A stretch of DNA of 58,933 bases from positions 1-58,933 of the forward strand of contig JBAXMC010000001.1 of NCBI GenBank assembly GCA_037134495.1, written 5' to 3'. The notes beneath the pieces were generated by a model, which saw only the letters and a list, made by a program, of their open reading frames with translations, searched no databases and was not told where the DNA came from. Shown here in pieces: positions 24,699 to 35,575 of this stretch. Position 1 is the stretch's first letter. Each line of letters opens with the position of its first letter. The DNA is from Myxococcaceae bacterium. Lineage in GTDB: Bacteria; Myxococcota; UBA727; JABDBI01. The position numbers were made by a program, and so were the translations under genes.

Positions 24699-26117
24699 AT
24701 GGTAGCGATCCGAGAATTTGAAACACAGCCGGCCGATCTTTTTAGCGAAACTTTGCAATCGCTAAAACGTCGTTTGAGTTTGTTTGTTTGGCAGGGCTTT
24801 TTTGAGCCACTGTCTTTTGTATCATTGGAACATGACACACTTTGCATATCAGCTCCCACATCATTCCATAGAGATTGGGTAAGAAATCATTATTTGGTTG
24901 AGCTACAAGAAAGCGCGAGCAAAGCCTTTGGCCGTGCTCTTAAAGTGACTCTGATCGAAAGCGTGCCAGATCACAATATTGAGCGCTCTGCACCCATTTT
25001 GGTTCCTGAGCTTTCCTCACAATCGATCACACCTCTAAAAGCTTTTCAACAGGCACCAGGGGCTCCGCAAGGACCGATCGTTTTAGAATCGGTGGCCCTC
25101 AATCCAGCCAATACTTTCGAGACCTTCGTACCGGGCCCCTGTAACAGCATGGGGTTTGCAGCTTGTAACGCCGTTGCAGAACAACCTGGCGCACAATACA
25201 GCCCCCTCTTTTTGTTTGGGCCTGTTGGGATCGGCAAAACACATTTAATTCAGGCAATTGGCCAATATGCGCTCAGCAAAAATCCCAACACTAAAATTTT
25301 GTACATGAGTGCAGAACAATGGGTGAATGCCTATATCCTAGCCATTCGGGAAAAACGTTTCGATGCCTTTCGCAAAAAGTTTAGAACAGACTGCGATATT
25401 CTACTAATTGACGATATCCAGTTTTTAGCAGGCAAAGATGCCAGCCAAGATGAGTTCTTTCATACTTTCAACAGCCTTCATCAGGCTCACAAGCAAATTG
25501 TTGTAACGTCTGACAAATATCCTCATGAAATTGAAGGTCTCGAAGAAAGACTCCAAACACGTCTGTCTTGGGGTTTAATAGCTGATATTCGGCCTCCTGC
25601 ATTAGATACACGTAGAGCCATCTTAGATAAGAAAGCCGCAAGATACGGTCTTAATTTGCCTGACGATGTTTCTCATTATTTGGCCTCGCAAGCCACCACT
25701 TCTGTTCGAGAACTCGAAGGTGCCCTTCTGCGCCTATCTGCTTTCTTATCTGTCACAAAGTCTGAGGTCACACTGGCGGCCGTCAAAGAATATTTGTCGC
25801 CTGTTTTCAGACGTACAGCGGGTCAACTCTCGGCCGACAAAATTTGCGAACATGTGGCAGCTTATTATGATTTGAAACCACTTGAGCTCAAAGGTCAAAG
25901 TCGTCAACGTCAGGTAGCGCTGGCAAGACAGATCGCTATGGCTCTTTGCAGAAGCATGATGTCATTTAGTTTGCCAGAAATTGGTCGACTCTTTGGGGGT
26001 CGTGATCACACAACGGTACTTTCTTCAATTCGTAAAATTGACGATTTGCGCGAGAGCGACATTGGGCTACAGACAGTTTTGTCTCGTTTAGAGAAAAGTT
26101 TGATTGAATCGTGTTAA
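24699..26117 (+). CDS. dnaA: Chromosomal replication initiator DnaA
   Basis: AAA+ motifs GPVGIGKTHL and LLIDDIQF, sensor TSVRELEGAL, and the domain IV DNA-binding motif DHTTVLSSIRKI. ATG at 24699; the track start at 24690 is TTG. Confidence 0.93.
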   Translation: MVAIREFETQPADLFSETLQSLKRRLSLFVWQGFFEPLSFVSLEHDTLCISAPTSFHRDWVRNHYLVELQESASKAFGRALKVTLIESVPDHNIERSAPILVPELSSQSITPLKAFQQAPGAPQGPIVLESVALNPANTFETFVPGPCNSMGFAACNAVAEQPGAQYSPLFLFGPVGIGKTHLIQAIGQYALSKNPNTKILYMSAEQWVNAYILAIREKRFDAFRKKFRTDCDILLIDDIQFLAGKDASQDEFFHTFNSLHQAHKQIVVTSDKYPHEIEGLEERLQTRLSWGLIADIRPPALDTRRAILDKKAARYGLNLPDDVSHYLASQATTSVRELEGALLRLSAFLSVTKSEVTLAAVKEYLSPVFRRTAGQLSADKICEHVAAYYDLKPLELKGQSRQRQVALARQIAMALCRSMMSFSLPEIGRLFGGRDHTTVLSSIRKIDDLRESDIGLQTVLSRLEKSLIESC

Positions 26118-26135
26118 CGCGCTAAAGTCGTCGTC

Positions 26136-28610
26136 ATGCGATTTTTACTTCTATTCTCTCTTCTTGTGTCATCCATGCATGCCAACAAAATCCCTGAACT
26201 GCAGCTGCCCCTAGGTGTAAAGCCGCTTTCGTACGAACTCGAGCTCTCTATTAATCCTAAAGCTTCTGGTTTTTCTGGAAATGCCAAAATTGCGTTACAT
26301 TTTGACAAAAAGACAGACCAATTTTGGATGCATGGTGAAGGTTTAACCGTAAAAAAAGCTCTACTTCGAACATCTACAGAAACTCAAGTCGTCAAGTATC
26401 AGCAAGTATCCCCTGAAGGCGTTGTATCGATCACTCTAGAACATGCAATAGAACCAGGAGAAGCTCTCTTAGAAATAGAATACGAAGCTTCATATCAAAA
26501 AGACCTCTCTGGCCTGTATGTGGTCAAGCAAAACAAAGAAGCGTATGCCTACACACAATTCGAAGCCATTGCTGCTCGAACTTGTTTTCCTAGTTTTGAT
26601 GAACCTCGTTTTAAAACGCCTTTTAAAATCTCTCTCACAATTCCTGCTTCTGATACTGGAATTTCAAACGAACTTGTCAAACAAGAATTTAAACACAAAA
26701 ATAAAACTAAAACCCTTGTTTTTGCTGAGACTCAGCCACTGCCAACGTATTTAATTGCCTTCGCTGTTGGGCCATTCGATGTTGTGAATGCAAAACCCAT
26801 GGGTAAAATCCCTCTAAGAGGCATTGCCCCTAAGGGACTTGGTAAAAAATTGGCCTATGCGTTGCAAGAAACACCTCAATTCGTCAAAATCTTAGAAGAC
26901 TATTTCGGAATTGCTTACCCGTATTCAAAGCTTGATATTATTGCCGTTCCTGATTTCGCAGCAGGCGCCATGGAAAACGCAGGAGCGATTACTTTTAGAG
27001 ATTCTTTACTGCTGATGGACGTAAAGACAGCTCCTGTGAGCCAAATCAGACGATTCGCTGAAGTCATGGCTCATGAATTAGCACATCAATGGTTTGGAAA
27101 TTTAGTCACGATGAGCTGGTGGAAAGACATCTGGCTCAACGAAGCCTTCGCAACTTGGATGGCTAATAAAGTGATGATGACTTATAAACCCGGTTATCAT
27201 GCTGATTGGGATGCGCTCGAGAGCACCCAAATGGCGATGGAACAAGACTCCTTAAGTTCTTCCCGAAAAATCCAGGAACCCATCAAAACACATCACGATA
27301 TTTTTAATGCTTTTGATTCTATTACCTATGTTAAAGGCGCAGCCGTAATAGATATGTTTGAAAATTATATTGGCCCTGATATTTTTAAAAAAGGCGTTAG
27401 GAATTATCTTCATCGATATGCCAATAAAAATGCTGAAACAGAAGACTTTATATCTGAACTCTCCAAAGCAGCCGATCAAAACTTGGCTCCAGCCTTTGGT
27501 AGTTTTTTAACACAAGCGGGCGTTCCCTTAATCAGTTTTCACTCCGATCGCTATAAACAATCTCGTTATTTGCCGCTGGGTTCAACTCAGTCTACCGATC
27601 AATCCTGGCAGATTCCGTTTTGTCCAACACTGGCTTCGTGTCAATTGCTCTATCGCTCCAAAGGAACTCTCAGCAATTTCGGTTTTCCGGCACGTGAAGG
27701 TAAAGGCTACTATCGTTTTACCGGCCTCAAAGATTTTGACCTCAGCAAACTCAGTGATGCTGAAAAAATCGTTTTAATCGCTAATCTCAAGGCTTCTTTT
27801 AGAGCCGGGTACTCAAAGACTGCAGAGCTTTTGCCAAAATTATCTGAGTTCACTCAAAGTTCAAATCGCTATTTGGCGACTGCTCCTATGAGTACAATTG
27901 CTTGGCTCAAAGATTATTTATCGTTACCCAATTTAAGTGCTTATGCTCAGAAGCTTTATACTCAAAAGCCTGTCATGACTGAACCTGAAGAACAGAAACT
28001 TTTCGACATAGAGTATTTGAACTTCGAAGCACAAGTTGCAAGAAAACCAGAAATCAGAAAAGAGCTCCTTGATAAAGCGCTCGCATATTTAAAAAACCCG
28101 CTCAGTCTTGATAGCAACCAAGTCCGAGTTTCTCTCTCTGTTTTGATTCAAGAAAAACCCGCTTATTTTAAAAAACTCGTTTCGATTTTATTGAGTAGCC
28201 AAGATGCAATACAAAGAAGCGCTATTTTAGGTGCCCTCGCTGAGTCAGACAATGCTCTTTCGCTGATTCTTTCTCCGAAACTCAGAAAAAACGAAGTTCT
28301 CATGCTTCTATCTGCTTACATGGCAAGACCTGAACACCGAGAAAATGGCTTTGCTTGGCTTCAAAAAAATATTGATGCTTTGCTTAAAATACTACCAGGA
28401 AAAGCAAGTGGACACCTCCCATGGACCATGGCTGGTTTCTGTTCTGAAGAAAAAGCCGTTCAAGTAGAGCAGTTATTCGAAAAAGTCGTTCAGGATTTAG
28501 CAGGAGGCCCCAGAGAACTCAAAGGGGTTCTAGAGAAAATAAGACTTTGTACGGCTTTGGTTGCTGCACAGAAAGCAAATGCTATGACGTTCTTCTCGGA
28601 GAAAATCTAG
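26136..28610 (+). CDS. pepN: Aminopeptidase N (M1 family), exported
   Basis: Signal peptide, exopeptidase motif GAMENAG, and zinc motif [10 protein letters not shown]...WLNEAFA. Confidence 0.9.
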   Translation: MRFLLLFSLLVSSMHANKIPELQLPLGVKPLSYELELSINPKASGFSGNAKIALHFDKKTDQFWMHGEGLTVKKALLRTSTETQVVKYQQVSPEGVVSITLEHAIEPGEALLEIEYEASYQKDLSGLYVVKQNKEAYAYTQFEAIAARTCFPSFDEPRFKTPFKISLTIPASDTGISNELVKQEFKHKNKTKTLVFAETQPLPTYLIAFAVGPFDVVNAKPMGKIPLRGIAPKGLGKKLAYALQETPQFVKILEDYFGIAYPYSKLDIIAVPDFAAGAMENAGAITFRDSLLLMDVKTAPVSQIRRFAEVMAHELAHQWFGNLVTMSWWKDIWLNEAFATWMANKVMMTYKPGYHADWDALESTQMAMEQDSLSSSRKIQEPIKTHHDIFNAFDSITYVKGAAVIDMFENYIGPDIFKKGVRNYLHRYANKNAETEDFISELSKAADQNLAPAFGSFLTQAGVPLISFHSDRYKQSRYLPLGSTQSTDQSWQIPFCPTLASCQLLYRSKGTLSNFGFPAREGKGYYRFTGLKDFDLSKLSDAEKIVLIANLKASFRAGYSKTAELLPKLSEFTQSSNRYLATAPMSTIAWLKDYLSLPNLSAYAQKLYTQKPVMTEPEEQKLFDIEYLNFEAQVARKPEIRKELLDKALAYLKNPLSLDSNQVRVSLSVLIQEKPAYFKKLVSILLSSQDAIQRSAILGALAESDNALSLILSPKLRKNEVLMLLSAYMARPEHRENGFAWLQKNIDALLKILPGKASGHLPWTMAGFCSEEKAVQVEQLFEKVVQDLAGGPRELKGVLEKIRLCTALVAAQKANAMTFFSEKI

Positions 28611-29244
28611 ATTCTTTAGCCAAGTTTTCAAACAACTCTTTCTCTTTTGAAGTCAGAGTTGTGGGGACTTTGATTTGTAAGACAACATACAAATCACCAG
28701 GTCCCTGACGCGTCATAGACCCTTTCCCCTTGAGGCGCATACGTGTCCCACTCTGAGAGCCTGCAGGTATTTTGAGCTTCACTCCACCAGAGAGAGTCGA
28801 CAACTGGACAGTTGCTCCTAAAGCAGCTTCCCAGGGTGTGAGCGAGAGAGTAATTTCTGTTTCAGGTTTTTTTTCTGCTTTTCTAGGAGTTTCTGTATAT
28901 CCGCCGAAAATTGAATCAAAAAAACTGCTAAAGCCACCGCCGGTAGAGCTACCACCTAAATTACTAAAATCAAAACCAGCATTTTGCCAACCAGGAGGTG
29001 TTCTAAAATTATCTCCTGCTTTCCAATTGGAACCCAGAGCGTCATATTTTTTACGAGATTCTGGACTTTTCAAGACTTCGTAGGCTTCTGAAAGTTTTTT
29101 AAATTTGTCTTCAGCGCCTTTTTCTTTGTTCATATCAGGGTGATACTGACGCGCTAATTTCCGATAAGCTTTTTGTATCTCATCGGCTGTAGCCGTACGC
29201 GGAACACCTAGAATTTTGTAATAATCTTGAAATTGAACAGCCAT
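28582..29244 (-). CDS. J-domain co-chaperone (short DnaJ/CbpA-like protein without a zinc finger)
   Basis: DYYKILGV...[13 protein letters not shown] (HPD motif), a G/F-rich linker, and a single DnaJ C-terminal-type domain. Confidence 0.85.
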   Translation of the reverse strand: MAVQFQDYYKILGVPRTATADEIQKAYRKLARQYHPDMNKEKGAEDKFKKLSEAYEVLKSPESRKKYDALGSNWKAGDNFRTPPGWQNAGFDFSNLGGSSTGGGFSSFFDSIFGGYTETPRKAEKKPETEITLSLTPWEAALGATVQLSTLSGGVKLKIPAGSQSGTRMRLKGKGSMTRQGPGDLYVVLQIKVPTTLTSKEKELFENLAKESRFSPRRTS

Positions 29245-29246
29245 AA

Positions 29247-30194
29247 TTAAGCCTTATATAATGCAACGCCCCAAACAAAACCAGCACCAACCGCCATCAT
29301 AAGCACCCAGTCGCCAGAGTCAATCCTACCCTGCGATTTGGCTTCATCGTAGGTCAGCAACAAAGACGCGCTCGAAGTATTAGCATAACGATCGATATTA
29401 ATCATAAAACGCTCCATGGGAATCAGAATCCGATCCGAAATCGCTTCAATGATTCTTAAGTTTGCTTGATGAGCGATTACTTGTTTAATATCACTGGGTT
29501 TTAAATTATTTTTTTCTAAGATATCTTGTGCGGCCGCACTTAAAGCCCGAACGGCAAACTTAAATGTTTCGCTTCCTTTCATTTGTACTTTGCCGCCATG
29601 AGGCATTAGAATATTTTGCCATTGTGAGCCATCAGCATAGAAATCAAAATCGACAAAGCCATGTTCTGGATTTTTGCTTTTTTTCAAAACAGCAGCAGAC
29701 GCCGCATCTCCGAATAAAACACACGTATTCCGATCACTCCAATCAACAGCGCTTGACATGAGCTCGGCTCCAACCACCAAAATATTTTTGTATTTCTTGC
29801 CATCTAAAAATTGATTGGCGATGGCCAAAGCATGTAAAGATCCTGCACAGGCTGCCACGATATCAAAAGCACAAGCAGCTTTAGCGCCTAGTCTGTTTTG
29901 TAATAAGCAAGCACCCGAGGGGAGCCGATAATCTGGCGAAGCTGAAGCCAAAACAATCATATCCAAATCTTCTGCATTAGTTTGGCTATCTTCCAAGGCT
30001 TTAATGGCCGCTTGCTCAGCCATATCAACCGTCGTTAGTGGGTATTTCGGGTCTATCAAGTGACGTGTTTTGATACCCGTTCGTGCTGTTATCCAAGCAT
30101 CTGAAGTATCTACCAGCTCAGACAGTTCTTGATTTGTAACGATACGCGCCGGGACAAAAAAACCAGTCCCAGCGAGATAAGCGCCTGTTTTCAT
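29247..30194 (-). CDS. fabH: 3-oxoacyl-ACP synthase III
   Basis: Active-site Cys in VAACAGSL, plus HQANLRI and ANTSSAS. About 315 aa. Confidence 0.9.
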   Translation of the reverse strand: MKTGAYLAGTGFFVPARIVTNQELSELVDTSDAWITARTGIKTRHLIDPKYPLTTVDMAEQAAIKALEDSQTNAEDLDMIVLASASPDYRLPSGACLLQNRLGAKAACAFDIVAACAGSLHALAIANQFLDGKKYKNILVVGAELMSSAVDWSDRNTCVLFGDAASAAVLKKSKNPEHGFVDFDFYADGSQWQNILMPHGGKVQMKGSETFKFAVRALSAAAQDILEKNNLKPSDIKQVIAHQANLRIIEAISDRILIPMERFMINIDRYANTSSASLLLTYDEAKSQGRIDSGDWVLMMAVGAGFVWGVALYKA

Positions 30195-30229
30195 AAAACA
30201 AGCTTTAACAAGTTAAGCTAGAATTCCAA

Positions 30230-31063
30230 TCACTGAATTGATTGAAAACTATTCTGTATCGCTTTCAACTCTTCTTCACATCCAATAATTTCTTCGCCTG
30301 TAACTTGTTCATAGCATTTCATAGAACCATCTTCGAAAGCCATTTCTTGAATTCGCATTGCCGGAAATATTTTTTTCCCGAAACGAATCTCATTGAGATC
30401 AGCAACATACTCTCCAGTTTGCAAATTAACTTTTCCCGTTGCAGGACCTATCTTAATGAGAACATCACCGTAAGAGCTCTGCATTTCAAAACCCTTTTTT
30501 AGCTCAAAGATAATATTTGCACCTTTCTCATAAGTCAGCTTAAGAGAACCTGTATTATTTTTACCCAAAAAAGTTAGGTCCTCTATCGAAACAGAGGTGT
30601 GTTCTGAACCAATTTCGAACAAAGCCAACTTTTTGCCTTGCACGATGAGATTGATTTTTGTGTTTTCTTCTCCAAACAAAAGTCCAATTTGCAATTTAAA
30701 ATCCTTCGATTGGTTCTGATTACATTCTATATGAGACTCAGGCATAATTTTTGCCATCGACTCACAAGTGACATTATAAATAGACCAATCTCCTTCTTGA
30801 TGGTCAAAGTTAGATTCATGCATCAACTCGTTAATAGCCACGGGGATTTTTTCTAGAATCTGAGCAGGAACAGCTAAGCCACTTTTTTGAAGAGATCTTT
30901 CGACATATAGGCTCAAAGCCTTGTCTGTTTTAATCGATTCGAAATGTTTAAGTAATTGTGCTCTTGATTGGTTTGTTTTTTCAGCAATTTCAGAACTCGG
31001 TCCGGAATTTGAACATCCAACAATGAACAATGCAAAAAGAGCCAGTGAATAGTAGTTTTTCAT
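30230..31063 (-). CDS. Hypothetical lipoprotein (277 aa)
   Basis: Lipobox LFIVGC-S. No other motif recognised. Confidence 0.55.
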   Translation of the reverse strand: MKNYYSLALFALFIVGCSNSGPSSEIAEKTNQSRAQLLKHFESIKTDKALSLYVERSLQKSGLAVPAQILEKIPVAINELMHESNFDHQEGDWSIYNVTCESMAKIMPESHIECNQNQSKDFKLQIGLLFGEENTKINLIVQGKKLALFEIGSEHTSVSIEDLTFLGKNNTGSLKLTYEKGANIIFELKKGFEMQSSYGDVLIKIGPATGKVNLQTGEYVADLNEIRFGKKIFPAMRIQEMAFEDGSMKCYEQVTGEEIIGCEEELKAIQNSFQSIQ

Positions 31064-31115
31064 AATGCAATAAAAGTAGACCTTTGAAACAAAGTGTCAA
31101 TACCCCCAGAATCCA

Positions 31116-31556
31116 TTAAGGCGACACTGAGGTCACTTCCCAATGTCGTTTGAGAAGTGCCATGAGTTTTACATGAAACTCTGCCTTAATCGGAGTTTCT
31201 TTAAAAATCCGGATAATTTCTGGATGCAGCTCTGCTGGGATTTTACTTAAGGTTGGTGTGAGTATGACAGGCGTTTTTATTTCTGTCCCAAATTTCATCC
31301 ATACCAAATTATAAGTCTTGTGATATCGATTAACAACACCGGTATAAACTAAGAGCTCTGCCTTTTCAAGCTCGCGAATCAAGCGACTTAGAGTTGCTTT
31401 TGAACGACCGATTTTTTCAGCTAAAATTTTTGTATCGACAGAAACTTGTGGACGTTTTGGGCTCGATAAAAGAGCCAGCTCAATCCAGAGCATTTTTGCG
31501 GAAGCTGATATGTTAGATTTGATGACGTGAAGGGGAACGCGTACAGACCGGGCCAT
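31116..31556 (-). CDS. Winged-helix DNA-binding protein (HTH_36-like), paralogue of 5827..6273
   Basis: MARSVRVPLHVIKSNISASAKMLWIELALLSSPKRPQV... aligns along its full length with the 5827..6273 product. The ATG at 31556 has a GGAG RBS. The track start at 31574 is TTG. Confidence 0.75.
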   Translation of the reverse strand: MARSVRVPLHVIKSNISASAKMLWIELALLSSPKRPQVSVDTKILAEKIGRSKATLSRLIRELEKAELLVYTGVVNRYHKTYNLVWMKFGTEIKTPVILTPTLSKIPAELHPEIIRIFKETPIKAEFHVKLMALLKRHWEVTSVSP

Positions 31557-31567
31557 GGTTGCTCCAT

Positions 31568-31596
31568 TTGACAAACTTGGCCGTCGGCATTATTTT
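31568..31596 (+). promoter_or_regulatory. Candidate sigma70 promoter (TTGACA-17 nt-TATTTT), second copy of the 6277..6305 module
   Basis: Perfect -35 at 31568-31573, a 17-nt spacer, and -10 TATTTT at 31591-31596. Its position relative to the wHTH start is the same as in locus A, apart from a 7-nt insertion. Confidence 0.45.
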
Positions 31597-31602
31597 GCTT
31601 TG

Positions 31603-31664
31603 GCCTTTTATTGGGTGCCGTGTCCTCCCTAAAACTTGCTGGTAGAGGGGAGGCCGGCTTGTTT
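31603..31664 (+). ncRNA. Candidate small RNA or leader with a terminator-like hairpin upstream of nuoE
   Basis: The stem has the base pairs GCCG/CGGC and the inner pairs CCTCCCT/AGGGGAGG (31617-31658), followed by TTGTTT. The 5' part GCCTTTTATTGGGTGCCG is conserved with locus A. Confidence 0.35.
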
Positions 31665-31665
31665 A

Positions 31666-31684
31666 CAAATGCACCATGCATCTG
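31666..31684. promoter_or_regulatory. Imperfect 8+8 palindrome CAAATGCA-cca-TGCATCTG (candidate operator)
   Basis: Seen directly, with one mismatch. It has the same centre and relative position as the 6373-6391 palindrome, but different arms. Confidence 0.3.
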
Positions 31685-31781
31685 CAAGAAATCATCGTAA
31701 AACAAAACAATTTTGAAATGCAAATGACAAATGGGAAAAAGGCAGTTGACAATATCCCCTTAGACTGAAAATCACTCATTC

Positions 31782-32243
31782 ATGCTTACCGCCGAAGAAA
31801 AATCAGAAATTGAACACGAAATCACGAAATTTCCGGTCCGGCGCTCTGCTTGCCTGGAAGCCTTGGCCATCGTTCAAAAACACAGAGGCTGGGTCAGTGA
31901 TGAAGCCCTCAAAGCTGTAGCCGATTATGTGGGCATGTCCGCAACAGAACTTGACGGCATCGCTACTTTTTACAACCTGATCTACCGAAAACCCGTTGGC
32001 AAAAAAGTCATTCGGATCTGCGACAGCGTCAGCTGCTTTATTATGGGTTATGACAAAGTGAGAGCCAAGATCGAATCCGAATTAGGCATCAAGCTGGGTC
32101 AAACCACTCCGGATCACGAATTTACTCTGTTACCTACACCCTGTTTAGGCACGTGCGATCGAGCACCGGCGCTCATGATCAATGATTCCTTGTTTCGCGA
32201 CTTAAATGAGGATAACGTGGCACAAATCTTTAGACATGAATAA
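31782..32243 (+). CDS. nuoE: NADH-quinone oxidoreductase subunit E
   Basis: Thioredoxin-like 2Fe-2S motif (ICDSVSC...PCLGTCDRAP). About 153 aa and first gene of the nuo run. Confidence 0.9.
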   Translation: MLTAEEKSEIEHEITKFPVRRSACLEALAIVQKHRGWVSDEALKAVADYVGMSATELDGIATFYNLIYRKPVGKKVIRICDSVSCFIMGYDKVRAKIESELGIKLGQTTPDHEFTLLPTPCLGTCDRAPALMINDSLFRDLNEDNVAQIFRHE

Positions 32244-33501
32244 GCCACTCACAGAACATATTCGCAGCGATGGCGAAGCGGTTTCGATGGAAGACTACTT
32301 GAAGCTTGGTGGCTACAAAAGTCTTTCTGTTATTTCTAAAATGGCTCCCGTCGATGTTACCAAGCTTATTACGGATTCTGGACTCATGGGCAGAGGCGGC
32401 GCCGGTGTTAGCACAGGCTTTAAAATGAGCGCTGTGCCTATGGGCGAAAAGGCCGCAACACCCAAATATTTAATCTGCAACGCAGACGAGATGGAGCCCG
32501 GAACTTTTAAAGACCGGTGGTTATTAGAAGGCAACCCGCACCAACTCATTGAAGGCATGTTGGTTTCTGCCTACGCCATAGAAGCCTCTGTTTCGTATAT
32601 TTTCGTCCGCGGCGAATATAAACTGGCAATCCAGAGATTAGAAAAAGCCGTCAAAGAAGCTTACTCAAAAGGCTTTTTAGGCAAGGGCTTGGAAATGCAC
32701 ATCCACCCCAGCGCCGGACGCTATATCTGTGGCGAAGAGACTGCCCTCATGAATGCCCTCGAAGGCAAACGCGCGATTCCAAGATCAAAACCACCTTTCC
32801 CTCCTGCTATCGGTGTCTGGGGTAAACCAACACTGATCAATAACGTTGAAACTCTCAGCAACCTGCCTCATATTTTAAACAATGGCATCGAATGGTATAA
32901 AGCGCTTTCTAAAGGCGTGAACGCCGGAACCAAAATCTATGGTGTCAGCGGCCATGTTAAAAAACCTGGTGCCTGGGAACTTCCCATGGGAACTACCGCC
33001 AGAGAACTCTTGGAAGTTCACGCAGGCGGCATGAAAGATGGCTATAAATTCAGAGCCTTGTTGCCCGGTGGAGCTTCTACTGATTTCTGGCTCGAAGATA
33101 AACTTGACACCCCTATGGACTTTGCGTCTACCGCCAAAATCGGCACACGCATGGGTACTGGAACCATGATTGTTCTTGATGACAAAACTTGTCCTGTTGG
33201 CATGTTGTTATCTCTTGAGAAGTTTTTCAAACAAGAATCTTGTGGCTGGTGCACTCCCTGCAGAGATGGCCTATCTTGGGTTGCAGAAATATTGGCTTCA
33301 TTTGAACGCGGAGAAGGCCAAGAAGGCGATATTGCCCAACTTGAACGCCATGCTCGATTACTAGGCCCTGGAAGCACTTTTTGTGCTCTTGCCCCCGGTG
33401 CTGCTTCTCCTCTTGGCACAGGCCTAAAATATTTTAGAGACGAATTTTTAAGACACATCACAGAGAAAAGATGCCCTTATGCCGACCATCTTCATCGATA
33501 A
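32236..33501 (+). CDS. nuoF: NADH-quinone oxidoreductase subunit F
   Basis: GRGGAGVSTGFK, the FMN/NADH-site motif CNADEMEPGTFKDR, and the 4Fe-4S motif ESCGWCTPCRDG. The ATG at 32236 overlaps the end of nuoE. Confidence 0.93.
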   Translation: MNKPLTEHIRSDGEAVSMEDYLKLGGYKSLSVISKMAPVDVTKLITDSGLMGRGGAGVSTGFKMSAVPMGEKAATPKYLICNADEMEPGTFKDRWLLEGNPHQLIEGMLVSAYAIEASVSYIFVRGEYKLAIQRLEKAVKEAYSKGFLGKGLEMHIHPSAGRYICGEETALMNALEGKRAIPRSKPPFPPAIGVWGKPTLINNVETLSNLPHILNNGIEWYKALSKGVNAGTKIYGVSGHVKKPGAWELPMGTTARELLEVHAGGMKDGYKFRALLPGGASTDFWLEDKLDTPMDFASTAKIGTRMGTGTMIVLDDKTCPVGMLLSLEKFFKQESCGWCTPCRDGLSWVAEILASFERGEGQEGDIAQLERHARLLGPGSTFCALAPGAASPLGTGLKYFRDEFLRHITEKRCPYADHLHR

Positions 33502-35575
33502 CAAACCTTATGACGTTCAGCCTGGCCGTAACGTGCTTCATGTCGCCGTGGCCAGCGGTCTCAACTTACCCTATTTTTGTTGGCACCCTGCTCTAGGCTC
33601 TGCCGGTGCTTGCAGACAATGCGCTGTGCAGCATTTCAAAGATGAAAACGATACCCAAGGTCGCATGGTCATGTCTTGCATGACACCTGCCACTGAAGGC
33701 GCTCGTTTTTCTATGGAACACCCAACAGCCAAATCTTTTCGTGCCGATATTATCGAATGGATGATGACCAATCATCCTCATGATTGCCCCGTCTGTGATG
33801 AAGGGGGTGAGTGCCACCTTCAAGATATGACCGTCATGACGGGTCATAACAAACGCAATTATCGATTTAAGAAGAGAACTTTTAAAAACCAAGATCTTGG
33901 TCCAAACATTAATCACGAGATGAACCGCTGCATCACATGCTACCGATGCGTGAGATACTATCGTGACGTTGCCGGTGGAGAAGATTTGCACTCGTTTTCG
34001 TCCTCTAACAAAGTTTATTTTGGACGTTTCGAAGATGGCGCACTCGAGAGCGAATTCAGTGGCAACTTAGTCGAAGTCTGCCCCACGGGTGTATTTACAG
34101 ATAAAACTTTCAGATCTTATTTTAGTCGCAAATGGGATCTACAAACAGCACCGTCGATTTGTCAACAATGTAGTCTTGGTTGCAATATAAGTCCTGGTGA
34201 ACGTCTTGGCACTTTGAGGCGCATTCAAAACAGGTTTCACCCTGACATCAACGGCTATTTCTTATGTGACAAAGGGCGTTTCGGTCACCAATTTGTTAAC
34301 CAGAAAACACAAGTTCCTAGAGCTGAGAATATTGAACCCCTCACAAAAAGCGAAAATTTAATTGGCATCGGCAGCCCAAGAGCTTCTCTCGAAGCCAACT
34401 ATGCTTTGAGAAAACTAGTAGGCGCAGATAATTTCTATGACGGTCATAGTGAGCTTGAACATAAATTACTTCTCAAAATTATAGAGATCTTACAACAGCA
34501 CCCTGAAACAGCTTCTCTTGAAGATGTCCGAAATGCTGATGCTATTTTTATCTTAGGCGAAGACTTAACGCACACAGCTCCTATGTTAGCATTGTCGATT
34601 AGACAGAACCTATATAAACGCGCTCAAGAAAATGCTGAGAAAAAAGGCATCCCTGAGTGGAACGACATTGCTGTCAGAAATGCTGAACCTGGTTTACCTC
34701 AGGTTGTTTACCTTGCTCATGACACTCCTACTAAACTAGATACGCTGGTAACTCATAAAATCAGCACAGAATTAGAAGAGATCCAGACATGGCTTCCTGC
34801 TCTTAAAGCTGCAAAAAACCCTGTGATTATTGCAGGAACAAGTTTGGGTTCAGAAGCTTTGATTCGCATGAGCATCGAGCTGCGTAAGATGGCTCCGCAC
34901 TCGAAATTATGTTATGTTCTACCAGCAGCCAATAGTTTTGGATTGGCGTTGCTTAAACCTAAAGGGTCTCCAAAAGGTAAGACCGCCATCGTTCTAGAAA
35001 ATGATCTGCCTGCTGAGATACTCAGTCGTTTCGAAAATATTATCGCGATTGATTTTCTAGAAAACAACACCACTCAAAAAGCAACGCTTGCACTCGGCTG
35101 TGGCAGTTTCGCTGAAACAACCGGCAGCATGGTCAATAACGAAGGTCGAGCACAGCGTTATTATTCTGTATTTGAACGACGAGAGCAGCGCCCAGAGAGC
35201 TGGCGAATCTTAAGAGATTTAGCTGGCTTTAGTTGGCAAAATATTGATGAGCTCTGCGCCGATTTAGGCAAAGATTTCCCTATCTTTGAACCTTTCTTGA
35301 AACAAGTTCATAACACCAGCTTTAGAATCGATGGTCAAAAAATTGCGAGACAATCTCAGGAGTTCAGCGGTAGAACGTCTATGTACACGCAAATCAGTAT
35401 GCATGAACAAGCGCCCATACAAGATCCTGACTCACCACTGGCCTACTCAATGGAAGGTCACCATGGGGATACACCGCCCGACCTCGCTTCTTCCTATTGG
35501 AGACCGGGCTGGAATTCTGTTTCAGCACTCAACACCTTTTCACACGCAACCAGTGGAGTTAAATTAAAGCCGTGA
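33479..35575 (+). CDS. nuoG: NADH-quinone oxidoreductase subunit G
   Basis: N-terminal 2Fe-2S (CRQCAV) plus HDCPVCDEGGECHLQD and RCITCYRCVRY clusters, with a molybdopterin-like C-terminal domain. Confidence 0.92.
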   Translation: MPTIFIDNKPYDVQPGRNVLHVAVASGLNLPYFCWHPALGSAGACRQCAVQHFKDENDTQGRMVMSCMTPATEGARFSMEHPTAKSFRADIIEWMMTNHPHDCPVCDEGGECHLQDMTVMTGHNKRNYRFKKRTFKNQDLGPNINHEMNRCITCYRCVRYYRDVAGGEDLHSFSSSNKVYFGRFEDGALESEFSGNLVEVCPTGVFTDKTFRSYFSRKWDLQTAPSICQQCSLGCNISPGERLGTLRRIQNRFHPDINGYFLCDKGRFGHQFVNQKTQVPRAENIEPLTKSENLIGIGSPRASLEANYALRKLVGADNFYDGHSELEHKLLLKIIEILQQHPETASLEDVRNADAIFILGEDLTHTAPMLALSIRQNLYKRAQENAEKKGIPEWNDIAVRNAEPGLPQVVYLAHDTPTKLDTLVTHKISTELEEIQTWLPALKAAKNPVIIAGTSLGSEALIRMSIELRKMAPHSKLCYVLPAANSFGLALLKPKGSPKGKTAIVLENDLPAEILSRFENIIAIDFLENNTTQKATLALGCGSFAETTGSMVNNEGRAQRYYSVFERREQRPESWRILRDLAGFSWQNIDELCADLGKDFPIFEPFLKQVHNTSFRIDGQKIARQSQEFSGRTSMYTQISMHEQAPIQDPDSPLAYSMEGHHGDTPPDLASSYWRPGWNSVSALNTFSHATSGVKLKP

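Noticed and set aside
5827-31574. The two directly oriented wHTH paralogues with their conserved upstream modules could be read as the boundaries of a ~25-kb genomic island or composite element.
   Set aside because: The interval holds core genes in normal operon contexts (ahpC, pepP, comEC, aroA, dnaA, pepN, fabH). The shared sequence is limited to the gene plus ~120 nt. It looks like a duplicated regulatory module, not island ends.
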